Part shown: one piece after another, positions 53,301-64,000 of the stretch
Position numbering within the stretch: the first letter of the stretch is position 1
How the letters are laid out: every line of letters begins with the position of its first letter
Assembly: GCA_030390025.1 (NCBI GenBank)
Contig: CM059433.1
Span: 29,390,001 to 29,454,000, forward strand
From: Squalus acanthias
Lineage: Eukaryota
Reading direction: 5' to 3'
Length of the DNA stretch: 64,000 nucleotides
Program-made: the position numbers and the translations under genes
The notes under the pieces: model-generated
Databases searched by the model: none
Told to the model about the DNA's origin: nothing
What the model saw: only the letters and a program-made list of their open reading frames with translations

Positions 53301-56300
53301 GTTGAACCCTCCCATCTTTTTGCACTGAACCTCCCATCTTGTTACTGTTGAAACCTCTCATCTTGGTGCTGTTGAATTCTCCCATCTTGTTACTGTTGAA
53401 CCCTCCCATCTTTTTGTTTGTTGAACCCTCTCATCTTGTTACTGTTGAACCTCCCATCTTGGTGCTGTTGGACCCTCCCATCTTGTTACTCTTGAACCCT
53501 CCCATCTTGTTAGCACTGAACCCTCCCATCTTGTTACTCTTGAACCCTCTCATCTTGGTGCTGTTGAACCCTCCCCTCTTGGTACTGTTGAACCCTCCCA
53601 ACTTGTTACTATTGAACCCTCCCATCTTGTGCTGTTGAACCCTCTCATCTTGTTGCTGTTGAACCCTCCCATCTTGGTGCTGTTGAACCCTCCCATCTTG
53701 GTGCTGTTGAATCCTCCCATCTTGTTGCACTGAACCTCCCATCTTGTTGCACTGAACCTCCCATCTTGTTACTGTTGAACCCTCCCATCTTGGTGCTGTT
53801 GAACCCTCCCATCTTGTTACTGTTGAAACCTCCCATCTTGTTGCTGGTGAACCCACCCATCTTGTTACTGTTGAACCCTCCCATCTTGGTGCTGTTGAAC
53901 CCTCCCACCTTGTTACTGTTGAACCCTCCCATCTTGGTGCTGTTGGACCCTCCCATCTTGTTACTGTTGAACCTCCCATTTTGATGCTGTTGAACCCTCC
54001 CATCTTGTTACTGTTGAACCCTCCCATCTTGTTACTGTTGAACCATGCCATCTTGTTACTGTTGAACCCTCCCATCTTGTTACTGTTGAACCCTCCCATC
54101 TTATTACTCTTGAACCCTCCCATCTTGTTGCTGGTGAACCCTCCCATCTTGTTACTGTTGAATCCTCACATCTTGTTACTGTTGAACCCTCCCATCTTGG
54201 TGCTGTTGAACCCTCCCATCTTGTTACTGTTGAACCCTCCCATCTTGTTACCATTGAACCCTCCCATCTTGTTACTCTTGAACCCTCCCATCTTGTTGCT
54301 GTTGAACCCTCCCATCTTGTTACTGTTGAATCCTCCCATCTTGTTACTGTTGATCCTCCCATCTTGTTTCTGTTGAACCCTCCCATCTTGTTACTGTTGA
54401 ACCCTCTCATCTTGGTACTGTTCTACCCTCTCATCTTGGTGCTGTTGAACCCTCCCATCTTGGTACTGTTGAACCCTCCCATCTTGTTACTGTTGAACCC
54501 TCCCATCTTGGTGCTGTTGAACCCTCCCATCTTGTTACTGTTGAACCCTCCCATCTTGGTGCTGTTGAACCCTCCCATCTTGTTGCCGTTGAACCTCCCA
54601 ACTTGTTGCCGTTGAACCTCCCATCTTGTTACTGTTGAACCCTCCCATCTTGTTGCCGTCACAAATTGTTACTGTTGAACCCTCCCATCTTGGTGCTGTT
54701 GAACCCTCCCATCTTGTTACTGTTGAACCCTCCCATCTTGTTCCTGTTGAACCTCCCAACTTGTTGCTGTTGAACCTCCCATCTTGGTGCTGTTGAATCC
54801 TCCCATCTTGTTACTGTTGAACCCTCCCATCTTGTTGCTGTTGAACCCTCCCATCTTGTTACTGTTGAACCCTCCCATCTTGTTGCTGTTGAACCCTCCC
54901 ATTTTGTTACTGTTGAACCCTCCCATCTTGTTACTGTTGAACCCTCCCATCTTGTTGCTGTTGAACCCTCCCATCTTGTTACTGTTGATCACTCCCATCT
55001 TGTTACTGTTGAACCCTCCCATCTTGTTACTGTTGAACCCTCCCATCTTGTTACTGTTGATCACTCCCATCTTGTTACTGTTGAATCCTCGCATCTTGTT
55101 ACTGTTGAATCCTCCCATCTTGTTGCTGTTGAACCTCCCATCTTGTCACTGTTGAACCCTCCCAACTTGTTGCTGTTGAAGCTCCCATCTTGTTACCGTT
55201 GAACCCTCTCATCTTGTTACTGTTGAACCCTCCCAACTTGTTGCTGTTGAACCCTCTCATCTTGTAGCTGTTGAACCTTCCATCTTGTTACTGTTGAACC
55301 CTCCCATCTTGGTACTGTTGAACCCTCCCATCTTTGTACTGTTGAACCCTCCCATCTTGGTGCTGTTGAACCCTCCCATCTTGTTACTGTTGAACCCTCC
55401 CATCTTGTTGCTGTTGAATTCTCCCATCTTGTTACTGTTGAACCCTCCCATCTTTTTGTTTGTTGAACCCTCCCATCTTGTTACTGTTGAACCTCCCATC
55501 TTGGTGCTGTTGAACCCTCCCCTCTTGGTACTGTTGAACCCTCCCATCTTGTTACTCTTGAACCCTCCCATCTTGTTGCTGGTAAACCCTCCCATCTTGT
55601 TACTCTTGAACCCGCCCATCTTGTTACTGTTGATCCCTCCCATCTTGTTACTGTTGAATTCTCCCATCTTGTTACTGTTGAACCCTCCCATCTTATTGTT
55701 TGTTGAACCCTCCCATCTTGTTACTGTTGAACCTCCCATCTTGTTACTGTTGGACCCTCCCATCTTGTTGCTGTTGAACCCTCCCATCTTGTTACTGTTG
55801 AACCTCCCATCTTGTTACTGTTGGACCCTCCCATCTTGTTACTGTTGAACCTCCCATCTTGTTACTGTTGGACCCTCCCATCTTGTTGCTGTTGAACCCT
55901 CCCATCTTGTTACCATTGAACCCTCCCATCTTGTTACTCTTGAACCCTCCCATCTTGTTACTGTTGAACCCTCCCATCTTGTTGCTGTTGAACCCTCCCA
56001 TCTTGTTGCTGTTGAACCCTCCCATCTTGTTGCTGTTGAACCCTCCCATCTTGTTACTGTTGAATCCTCCCATCTTGTTACTGTTGAACCCTCCCATCTT
56101 GTTGCTGTTGAATCCTCCCATCTTATTGTTTGTTGAACCTCCCATCTTGTTACTGTTGAACCTCCCATCTTGTTGTTGTTGAATGCTCCCATCTTGTTAC
56201 TGTTGAACCTCCCAACTAGTTACTGTTGAACCCTCCCATCTTATTGTTGTTGTATCCTCCCGTCTTGTTGCTGTTGAATCCTCCCATCTTATTGTTTGTT

Positions 56301-59300
56301 GAATCTCCCATCTTGTTACTGTTGAACCCTCCCATCTTATTGTTGTTGAATCCTCCCATCTTGTTGCTGTTGAACCCTCCCATCTTGTTACTGTTGAACC
56401 TCCCATCTTGTTGTTGTTGAATGCTCCCATCTTGTTACTGTTGAACCTCCCAACTTGTTACTGTTGAACCCTCCCATCTTATTGTTGTTGAATCCTCCCA
56501 TCTTGTTACTGTTGAACCTCCCATCTTGTTACTGTTGATCACTCCCATCTTGTTACTGTTGAATCCTCGCATCTTGTTACTGTTGAATCCTCCCAACTTG
56601 TTGCTGTTGAACCCTCTCATCTTGTTACTGTTGAACCCTCTCATCTTGTTACTGTTGAACCCTCCCAACTTGTTGCTGTTGAACCCTCTCATCTTGGTAC
56701 TGTTGAACCCTCTCATCTTGTTGCTGTTGAAACCTCCCATCTTGTTGCTGTTGAACCCTCCCATCTTTTTGCACTGAACCTCCCATCTTGTTACTGTTGA
56801 AACCTCTCATCTTGGTACTGTTGAACCCTCCCATCTTGGTGCTGTTGAACCCTCCCATCTTGTTACTGTTGGACCCTCCCATCTTGTTACTCTTGAACCC
56901 TCCCATCTTGTTAGCACTGAACCCTCCCATCTTGTTACTCTTGAACCCTCTCATCTTGGTGCTGTTGAACCCTCCCCTCTTGGTACTGTTGAACCCTCCC
57001 AACTTGTTACTGTGTTGAACCCTCCCATCTTGTGCTGTTGAACACTCCCATCTTGTTACTGTTGAACCATCCCATCTTGTTACTGTTGAACCTCCCATCT
57101 CGTTACTGTTGGACCCTTCCATCTTGTTACCATTGAACCCTCCCTTCTTGTTACTCTTGAACCCTCCCATCTTGTTACTGTTGAACCCTCCCATCTTGTT
57201 GCTGTTGAACCCTCCCATCTTGTTGCTGTTGAACCCTCCCATCTTGTTACTGTTGAACCCTCCCATCTTGTTGCTGTTGAAACTCCCATCTTGTTACTGT
57301 TGAACCCTCCCATCTTGTTACTGTTGAACCCTCCCATCTTGTTGCTGTTGGACCCTCCCATCTTGTTACTGTTGAACCCTCCCATCTTGTTGCTGTTGAA
57401 CCCTCCCATCTTGTTACTGTTGAAACTCCCATCTTGTTCTTGTTGAACGTCCCATCTTGTTACTGTTGAATGTCCCATCTTGTTACTGTTGAACCCTCCC
57501 ATCTTATTGTTGTTGAATCCTCCCATCTTGTTGCTGTTGAACCTCCCATGTTGTTGCTGTTGAATCCTCCCATCTTATTGTTTGTTGAACCCTCCCATCT
57601 TGTTACAGTTGAACCTCCCATCTTGTTACTGTTGGACCCTCCCATCTTGTTACTGTTGAACCTCCCATCTCGTTACTGTTGAACCTCCCATCTTGTTACT
57701 GTTGAACCCTTCCATCTTGTTACTGTTGATCCTCCCATCTTGTTACTGTTGAACCTCCCATCTTGTTACTGTTGAACCCTTCCATCTTGTTACTGTTGAT
57801 CCTCCCATCTTGTTACTGTTGAACCCTCCCATCTTGTTACTGTTGAACCATCCCATCTTGTTGCTGTTGAACCTCCCATCTTGTTGCTGTTGAACCATCC
57901 CATCTTGTTACACTTGAACCCTCCCATCTTGTTGCTGGTGAACCCTCCCATCTTGTTACTCTTGAACCCTCCCATCTTGTTACTGTTGATCCCTCCCATC
58001 TTGTTACTGTTGAATCCTCCCATCTTGTTACTCTTGAACCCTCCCATCTTGTTACTCTTGAACCCTCCCATCTTGTTGCTGGTAAACCCTCCCATCTTGT
58101 TACTCTTGAACCCTCCCATCTTGTTACTGTTGAACCTCCCATCTTGTTACTGTTGGACCCTCCCATCTTGTTACCATTGAACCCTCCCATCTTGTTACTC
58201 TTGAACCCTCCCATCTTGTTACTGTTGAACCCTCCCATCTTGTTGCTGTTGAACCCTCCCATCTTGTTGCTGTTGAACCCTCCCATCTTGTTACTGTTGA
58301 ACCCTCACATCTTGTTGCTGTTGAAACTCCCATCTTGTTACTGTTGAACCCTCCTATCTTGTTACTGTTGAACCCTCCCATCTTGTTGCTGTTGGACCCT
58401 CCCATCTTGTTACTGTTGAACCCTCCCATCTTGTTGCTGTTGAACCCTCCCATCTTGTTACTGTTGAAACTCCCATCTTGTTCTTGTTGAACGTCCCATC
58501 TTGTTACTGTTGAATGTCCCATCTTGTTACTGTTGAACCCTCCCATCTTGTTGTTGTTGAATGCTCCCATCTTGTTACTGTTGAACCTCCCAACTTGTTA
58601 CTGTTGAACCTCCCATCTTGTTGCTGTTGAATCCTCCCATCTTATTGTTTGTTGAACCCTCCCATCTTGTTACTGTTGAACCTCCCATCTTGTTACTGTT
58701 GGACCCTCCCATCTTGTTACTGTTGAACCTCCCATCTCGTTACTGTTGAACCTCCCATCTTGTTACTGTTGAACCCTTCCATCTTGTTACTGTTGATCCT
58801 CCCATCTTGTTACTGTTGAACCTCCCATCTTGTTACTGTTGAACCCTTCCATCTTGTTACTGTTGATCCTCCCATCTTGTTACTGTTGAACCCTCCCATC
58901 TTGTTACTGTTGAACCATCCCATCTTGTTGCTGTTGAACCTCCCATCTTGTTGCTGTTGAACCATCCCATCTTGTTACACTTGAACCCTCCCATCTTGTT
59001 GCTGGTGAACCCTCCCATCTTGTTACTCTTGAACCCTCCCATCTTGTTACTGTTGATCCCTCCCATCTTGTTACTGTTGAATCCTCCCATCTTATTGCTG
59101 GTGAACCCTCCCATCTTGTTACTCTTGAACCCTCCCATCTTGTTACTGTTGATCCCTCCCATCTTGTTACTGTTGAATCCTCCCATCTTGTTACTCTTGA
59201 ACCCTCCCATCTTGTTACTCTTGAACCCTCCCATCTTGTTGCTGGTAAACCCTCCCATCTTGTTACTCTTGAACCCTCCCATCTTGTTACTGTTGATCCC

Positions 59301-59650
59301 TCCCATCTTGTTACTGTTGAATTCTCCCATCTTGTTACTGTTGAACCCTCCCATCTTATTGTTTGTTGAACCCTCCCATCTTGTTACTGTTGAACCTCCC
59401 ATCTTGTTACTGTTGGACCCTCCCATCTTGTTACCATTGAACCCTCCCATCTTGTTACTCTTGAACCCTCCCATCTTGTTACTGTTGAACCCTCCCATCT
59501 TGTTGCTGTTGAACCCTCCCATCTTGTTGCTGTTGAACCCTCCCATCTTGTTACTGTTGAACCCTCCCATCTTGTTGCTGTTGAACCCTCCCATCATGTT
59601 GCTGTTGAACCCTCCCTTCTTGTTGCTACCTAACCACCTGAGCTTGTTGC
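26377..59650. repeat. ~33 kb satellite, unit TGTTGAACCCTCCCATCTTGTTAC (24 bp) with frequent 23-bp variant, roughly 1400 units
   Basis: Directly visible tandem periodicity. Recurrent variant blocks form higher-order repeats. Units degenerate over the last ~60 bp. Confidence 0.99.
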
Positions 59651-60186
59651 TATTCCCGTCAGCTGTGACCCATCAGCCTTGTGATAAATGTTGCTCCAAA
59701 GAGGACCAAGCTGAGGTGATGTTTCTTGCTCCCCGTCCTGAGTCTCTGCTGCCTTGTGTTACTGGAAAATTGGTTCAACCAGCATTTCAGAACAATTCAA
59801 GAAAGCCCACCAATTCCCAGTCCCTCTCTTGAAATTCTGTCTCAGTATTGTTACCTGTTAGAATTATTACAGATCTAATTTAATGTAACGTATCACTACA
59901 GTTGGTGATAAGGTTTATTGAGCAGCAATTAACCACTACATTGATAATTTATAAAATAGATCTGACAATTAAGTGCAGAAATATTGAAGATTTGGGCTTT
60001 TCTGTACAATACAGTTTATATGTGTATTATGTTTAAATTAACCATCAATCATTCCTCACTGCGTTAAATACACGATCTCTTCCACTTCTAGTGAATCTGT
60101 GCTAACTACATGGTCTCTGCATCCTTAATATTGTGAGATTCAATTATGTTGAAACGTTAATGGTTTACATCAGCATACAGCAGTGG

Positions 60187-60478
60187 AACATAGGAGCAGG
60201 AGTAGGCCATTCAGCCTCTCCAGCCTGTTCCGCCATTCAATTCGATCATGACTAATCTGTATCTTTACTCCATTTACTTGCCTTGATTCCGTAACCCATA
60301 ATACCCTTACCTAACAAAAATCTATCAATCTCAGTTTTGAAATTTTCATTGACCCCCAGCCCCAACAGCTTTTTGGGGGAGAGTTTTCCAGATTTCCACC
60401 AACCTTTGTGTGAAGAAGTGCTTCCTGATTTCACCCCTGAACGGCCTAGATGTAATTTTAAGGTTATGGCCCCTTGAT
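60187..60478 (-). mobile_element. CR1-type 3' end fragment
   Basis: AACATAGGAGCAGGAGTAGGCCATTCAGCC; peptide FKTEIDRFLLGKGIMGYG. Confidence 0.8.
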
Positions 60479-60626
60479 GATAGCAGTTATGGAACAGCAG
60501 TGACCCATGTTCACATGTCTGCTTTGTTAACCCATCCCGGACACAACTACATATAGAAATTTAGATTTACAGCAAAAATGTAATAAAGGATCGTTAATCA
60601 TTCCTGCACAGGCAATCTCTCCAGTT

Positions 60627-60735
60627 GTAACATTACAACAGTGACTACACTTCAAAATTACCTCATTAGCTATGAAGCGCTTTGGACATCCTGAGGTTGT
60701 GAAAGGCGCTATATACATGCAAGTATTCCTTTATG
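60627..60735 (+). mobile_element. SINE/L2-type 3' tail
   Basis: ACAACAGTGACTACACTTCAAAA...GTGAAAGGCGCTATATACATGCAAGT matches the reverse complement of 3215-3310. Confidence 0.7.
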
Positions 60736-60739
60736 ACAT

Positions 60740-61316
60740 GGGGAGGATTTTAACTCCAGGCGTGGAACGGCGGGGAGATTGGCTGATAACCGGCCCTTCC
60801 TGCCGACAGGAGCCCCCTGGTCTGTTCCGAGTGCCGAGCCTCGTTACCGTGCCTACAGCAAGCTGCGTGCCTCCCCGGACGGGCAGCTCGCTGACGTATT
60901 ATTGGGCAGCCCAGAGCATCATCTGCCTGGTGGGTAGGCCCGGAGGGGGAGGACTGATCGCGGAGGACGTGCAGCAGCCTCTCGGTATCCTCGTGGCGCC
61001 CGAGGGACTCCTGCTCCTCCTGGCCCTACAGAAATAATTCTGAACTTACCGCAATCAGGCCTTCTCTGCTTCACTGCCCGGTACAGTTGGGGTGGGGGTG
61101 GGGGTGGGGATGGGGCGTGCAGTCGCGCCTCAAAATTGTATTGGGGCTCCTGTGTATGTCAAAGGAAGACGCTAGGAAATATGGCGGTGGGCAGAATCCG
61201 AGCAGGAATGGCGAAGGCGACTTCAGTGGAAAACAAATGGGGAAGGGATATAATACAAGCTGCCGATTCGCTATCATCCATTTTATGCTATCGCACAAAG
61301 TCAAAATCTAAACCCC
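60740..61316. mobile_element. Possible degenerate Harbinger-type MITE
   Basis: GC-rich island bounded by GGGGAGGATTTT and AAAATCTAAACCCC. No convincing target duplication. Confidence 0.4.
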
Positions 61317-61730
61317 TCAAGGTATGAACTGTGATGGACTTCCCATTGTCTCAAAGCTAAGATAATACACAAAAGTAAACAGATCATTGCTGAGACACCT
61401 AGACGCGCCCTACCCTGATCCCCTCTCTGGATAGCTGATTAACACTTCAGATCATCGTTGTAAAGACTAATCTCAGACCCCTGTTTTAAATGTTACATCC
61501 CAAATATAAGGTGACCCCGGGTATTAACCCTTTGTAAACTGAATCTAACTTGATAGCAATATCCTAGCATAAATTCAAACATTAGAGGGTGACTTTAAAG
61601 GATATTGTTTGTTTTTAACGGGGCAAACTATACTGGATAGATTCACTAGAGCAAGAAGGTAAGTGTTACGGGAGCCACTGGGCTCGATTTTGCCATTGGG
61701 ATCGGGCTGGGGCGTGTCAAGTGGTTTTCA

Positions 61731-62477
61731 TGTCAGGGGAAGTGCAACAAGATCTGGGAGTCCTTATGCACCAGTCGCTGAAGGTAAGCATGCAGGTGCA
61801 GCAGGCGGTTAAGAAGGCAAATGGTATGTTGGCCTTCATAGCGAGAGGATTCGAGTACAGGAGCAAGGATGTCTTGCTGCAGTTGTACAAGGCCTTGGTG
61901 CGACCACACCTTGAGTATTGTGTGCAGTTTTTGTCACCTTATCTGAGGAAGGATGTTCTTGCCATGGAGGGAGTGCAGCGAAGATTTACCAGACTGATAC
62001 CTGGGATGGCAGGAATGACTTATGAAGAGAGATTGGGTCGATTAGGCTTATATTCGCTAGAGTTTCAAAGAATAAGAGGGGATCTCATTGAAACTTATAA
62101 AATTCTAACAGGACTAGACAGACTAGATGCAGGAAGGATGCTCCCAATGGTGGGGGAGTCCAGAACCAGAGGTCACAGTCTAAGGATAAGGGGTAAGCCA
62201 TTTAGGACTGAGATGAGGAAGAATTACTTCACCCAGAGAGTGGTGAACCTGTGGAATTCTCTACCACAGAAGGCAGTTGAGGCCAATTCATTAAATATAT
62301 TCAAGAAGGAGATAGGTATATTTCTTAAGGCTAAAGGGATCAAGGGATATGGGGAGAAAGCAGGGACAGGCTACTGAATTTGGATGATCAGCCATGATCT
62401 CATTAAATGGCGGAGCAGGCTCAAGGGGCCGAATGGCCCACTCCTGCTCCTATCTTCTATGCTTCTATGCTTCTATG
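61731..62477 (+). mobile_element. CR1 LINE 3' fragment with an open RT C-terminus
   Basis: ORF 61721..62377 (QDLGVL..RPHLEYCVQF..SRTRGHSL), a 3' UTR and a (TTCTATGC)n tail. Confidence 0.93.
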
Positions 62478-62697
62478 ACCCCGACTCCGATGTGAAGTGG
62501 GAAAAAAGTCTGATTTTCCCCTAATTGGGCACTTAATTTCCAGCGTGTGGGAACCCCTGGCCCAATTAGTCTTTCCATCCTGAAAGTCGCCTCCGATGAC
62601 GTCATCAGTGCTGCTGGATTTAAGGCCTGCAGGCAGCCTTGCTTCTTCTGGATACTGGAAACGCTTTGGCATTGTATGAAGTCTTCATTTACCGACC

Positions 62698-64000
62698 ATG
62701 TCCACCAGCAAGCAAAAGTGTGCACCTCGCTTTGATGAGCCCTCCCTCCAAGCTCTGGTGCAGGGAGCAAGATCTAATAAGGAGGTGCTCTTCCCTTCCT
62801 CAGGGAGAAAAAAGCCACCACAACAGACTAAAGCTGTGTGGCTGCAAGTGGCCCAGGAGGTCAATGCCATCTCTATGTGCCGCAGAACCTGGCTGCAATG
62901 CAGGATGAGGTTTCATGACCTTTTCCGCACGGGAAAAGTGAGTATGACTTTCTCATCACCCTCAATCTCATCCCCATCGCCTCTCCTCACCAGCACTCTG
63001 CTTTGCCAACCTCTTCCTCCACATCCCACTTGACACTGACATCCCTGCACCCTTACCCATTCCCTCTCTCTCTATGGTCACATTCACTTAACTATTCGAC
63101 CATGCAGCCCTCACACTCCCTATCACTGTGATGCCATGACAACAACAACTTTCAACACACAGGGATGGTCCTTTGTATCCTTCTAAGCATCTATGCTATG
63201 GATTATCTACACTCACTCCTTCATTCTCACTCAAACTCCACTTGTGTCCCTCATTGCAGGAAAAGAGAGCCCACAATAAGAGGGAAAGAGCCATGACAGG
63301 AGGAGGGCCACCCTCATTATCCCAGCTCACCACCTCGGAGGAGGCGGCCCTGGAAATCGCCGGGATTGAGGAGGATTCCCAAGTGGGGACGGACAGATGG
63401 GCGCATCGCAGCAAGCTGGTGCCAGAATAGTTTGGCATCTCTCTCATTGACATTGCATGAGTCACTGATAATTAATCTGATGTTCTAACAGATTGACTTA
63501 TGATCATCTGCACTATTCAATGTTCATGTAACCTTGACCTCACATCTCTAACTCTTTCCTTTACTCCCCCACAGGACCATCGAGAGCCCCCGTCCCCACT
63601 GTCCAGGAGGAAGAGCCTGAGCTTTCAGACTCCTCAGAGGAAGCTGCAACCTCTGAGGGCACTCCGTCAGCAGAATTAAGTGCACCCTACACCAGCGCAG
63701 ACACTCACACCTCGGTGGGACCTTCGGGACATACAGTAGAGTTGTCACCTGGTGTATCACAGCTCACAAGTGAGCATCAGCAGATGGTGGAGACAGGGAC
63801 AGCAGTGGAGAGTCCTCGTCGCAGTGGAGAGGACGCTCCCAGCTCGGCTCCGCTGTATGTCGACCCTGTGCCTCCGGGTCCATCCAGAAGGAGAGCGGTG
63901 CTGGAACTCCAGGAACAGGTGCAGGAGTCTCTGGCAGGCTTTGTCTCCAGGGTTGCTGCGAGTGTAGAGCGAATGGAGGAGTCCATCGCTAACATGAGTA
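62698..64000 (+). CDS. Harbinger D Myb/SANT-like partner gene; exons 62698-62937, 63260-63418, 63575 to beyond 64000; one apparent -1 frameshift
   Basis: 80-codon exon 1 with a GTGAGT donor; acceptors CATTGCAG and CCCCACAG. Exon 3 (GPSRAPVPTVQEEEPELSDSSEE..) is open to the window end. Phase fits if one G is added to the G-run at ~63385. Confidence 0.8.

Larger units (their letters stand above)
61680..64000 (+). mobile_element. Harbinger copy D (family of A and B), interrupted by a CR1, runs off the window
   Basis: Starts GGGCTCGATTTTGCC. 61680-61730 plus 62477-63320 align to the reverse complement of copy B's right part. Confidence 0.9.

Noticed and set aside
26377..59650. Hundreds of ORFs (MGGFNSNK, LLLLNPPI, TVTRWEGS repeats) as present-day proteins
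   Set aside because: They follow from a 24-bp unit that is stop-free in several frames. The 23-bp units shift frame every few repeats and recur in duplicated blocks, so no long product is encoded now.
26377..59650. CRISPR array
   Set aside because: Units are directly adjacent with no unique spacers, there are no cas genes, and the context is vertebrate.
26377..59650. Telomeric repeat
   Set aside because: No TTAGGG hexamer periodicity; only a GGGAGGG motif within a 24-mer.
61330..61679. Possible LTR starting TGTGATGG
   Set aside because: The other end would lie beyond Harbinger D, outside the window; no target duplication can be tested.
1..64000. Harbinger A and D as the same insertion in a ~64 kb tandem duplication
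   Set aside because: Their TIRs match well, but the flanking trinucleotides (TTT versus ACT) and host sequences differ.

Overview
Eukaryotic DNA, almost entirely repeats. The element families (CR1/HER1-type LINEs, L2-type tails, DeuSINE/SacSINE1-like SINEs, two-gene Harbingers) point to a cartilaginous fish, probably a shark; this is an inference. I found no host gene I can name. Positions 1-26.4 kb and 59.7-64 kb are deeply nested transposons. They include four two-gene PIF/Harbinger DNA transposons (one with an intact 414-aa DDE transposase, perfect 13-bp TIRs and a TCA duplication), Harbinger-type MITEs, many LINE and SINE fragments and a clean solo LTR. Positions 26.4-59.65 kb are a ~33 kb satellite of a 24/23-bp unit (TGTTGAACCCTCCCATCTTGTTAC) with higher-order structure; most of the ORF track is an artefact of it. 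The most interesting, but speculative, reading is that the satellite grew from an 8-codon coding repeat (MGGFNSNK) inside a decayed minus-strand exon whose unique flanks survive. Coordinates described as approximate were placed by eye.
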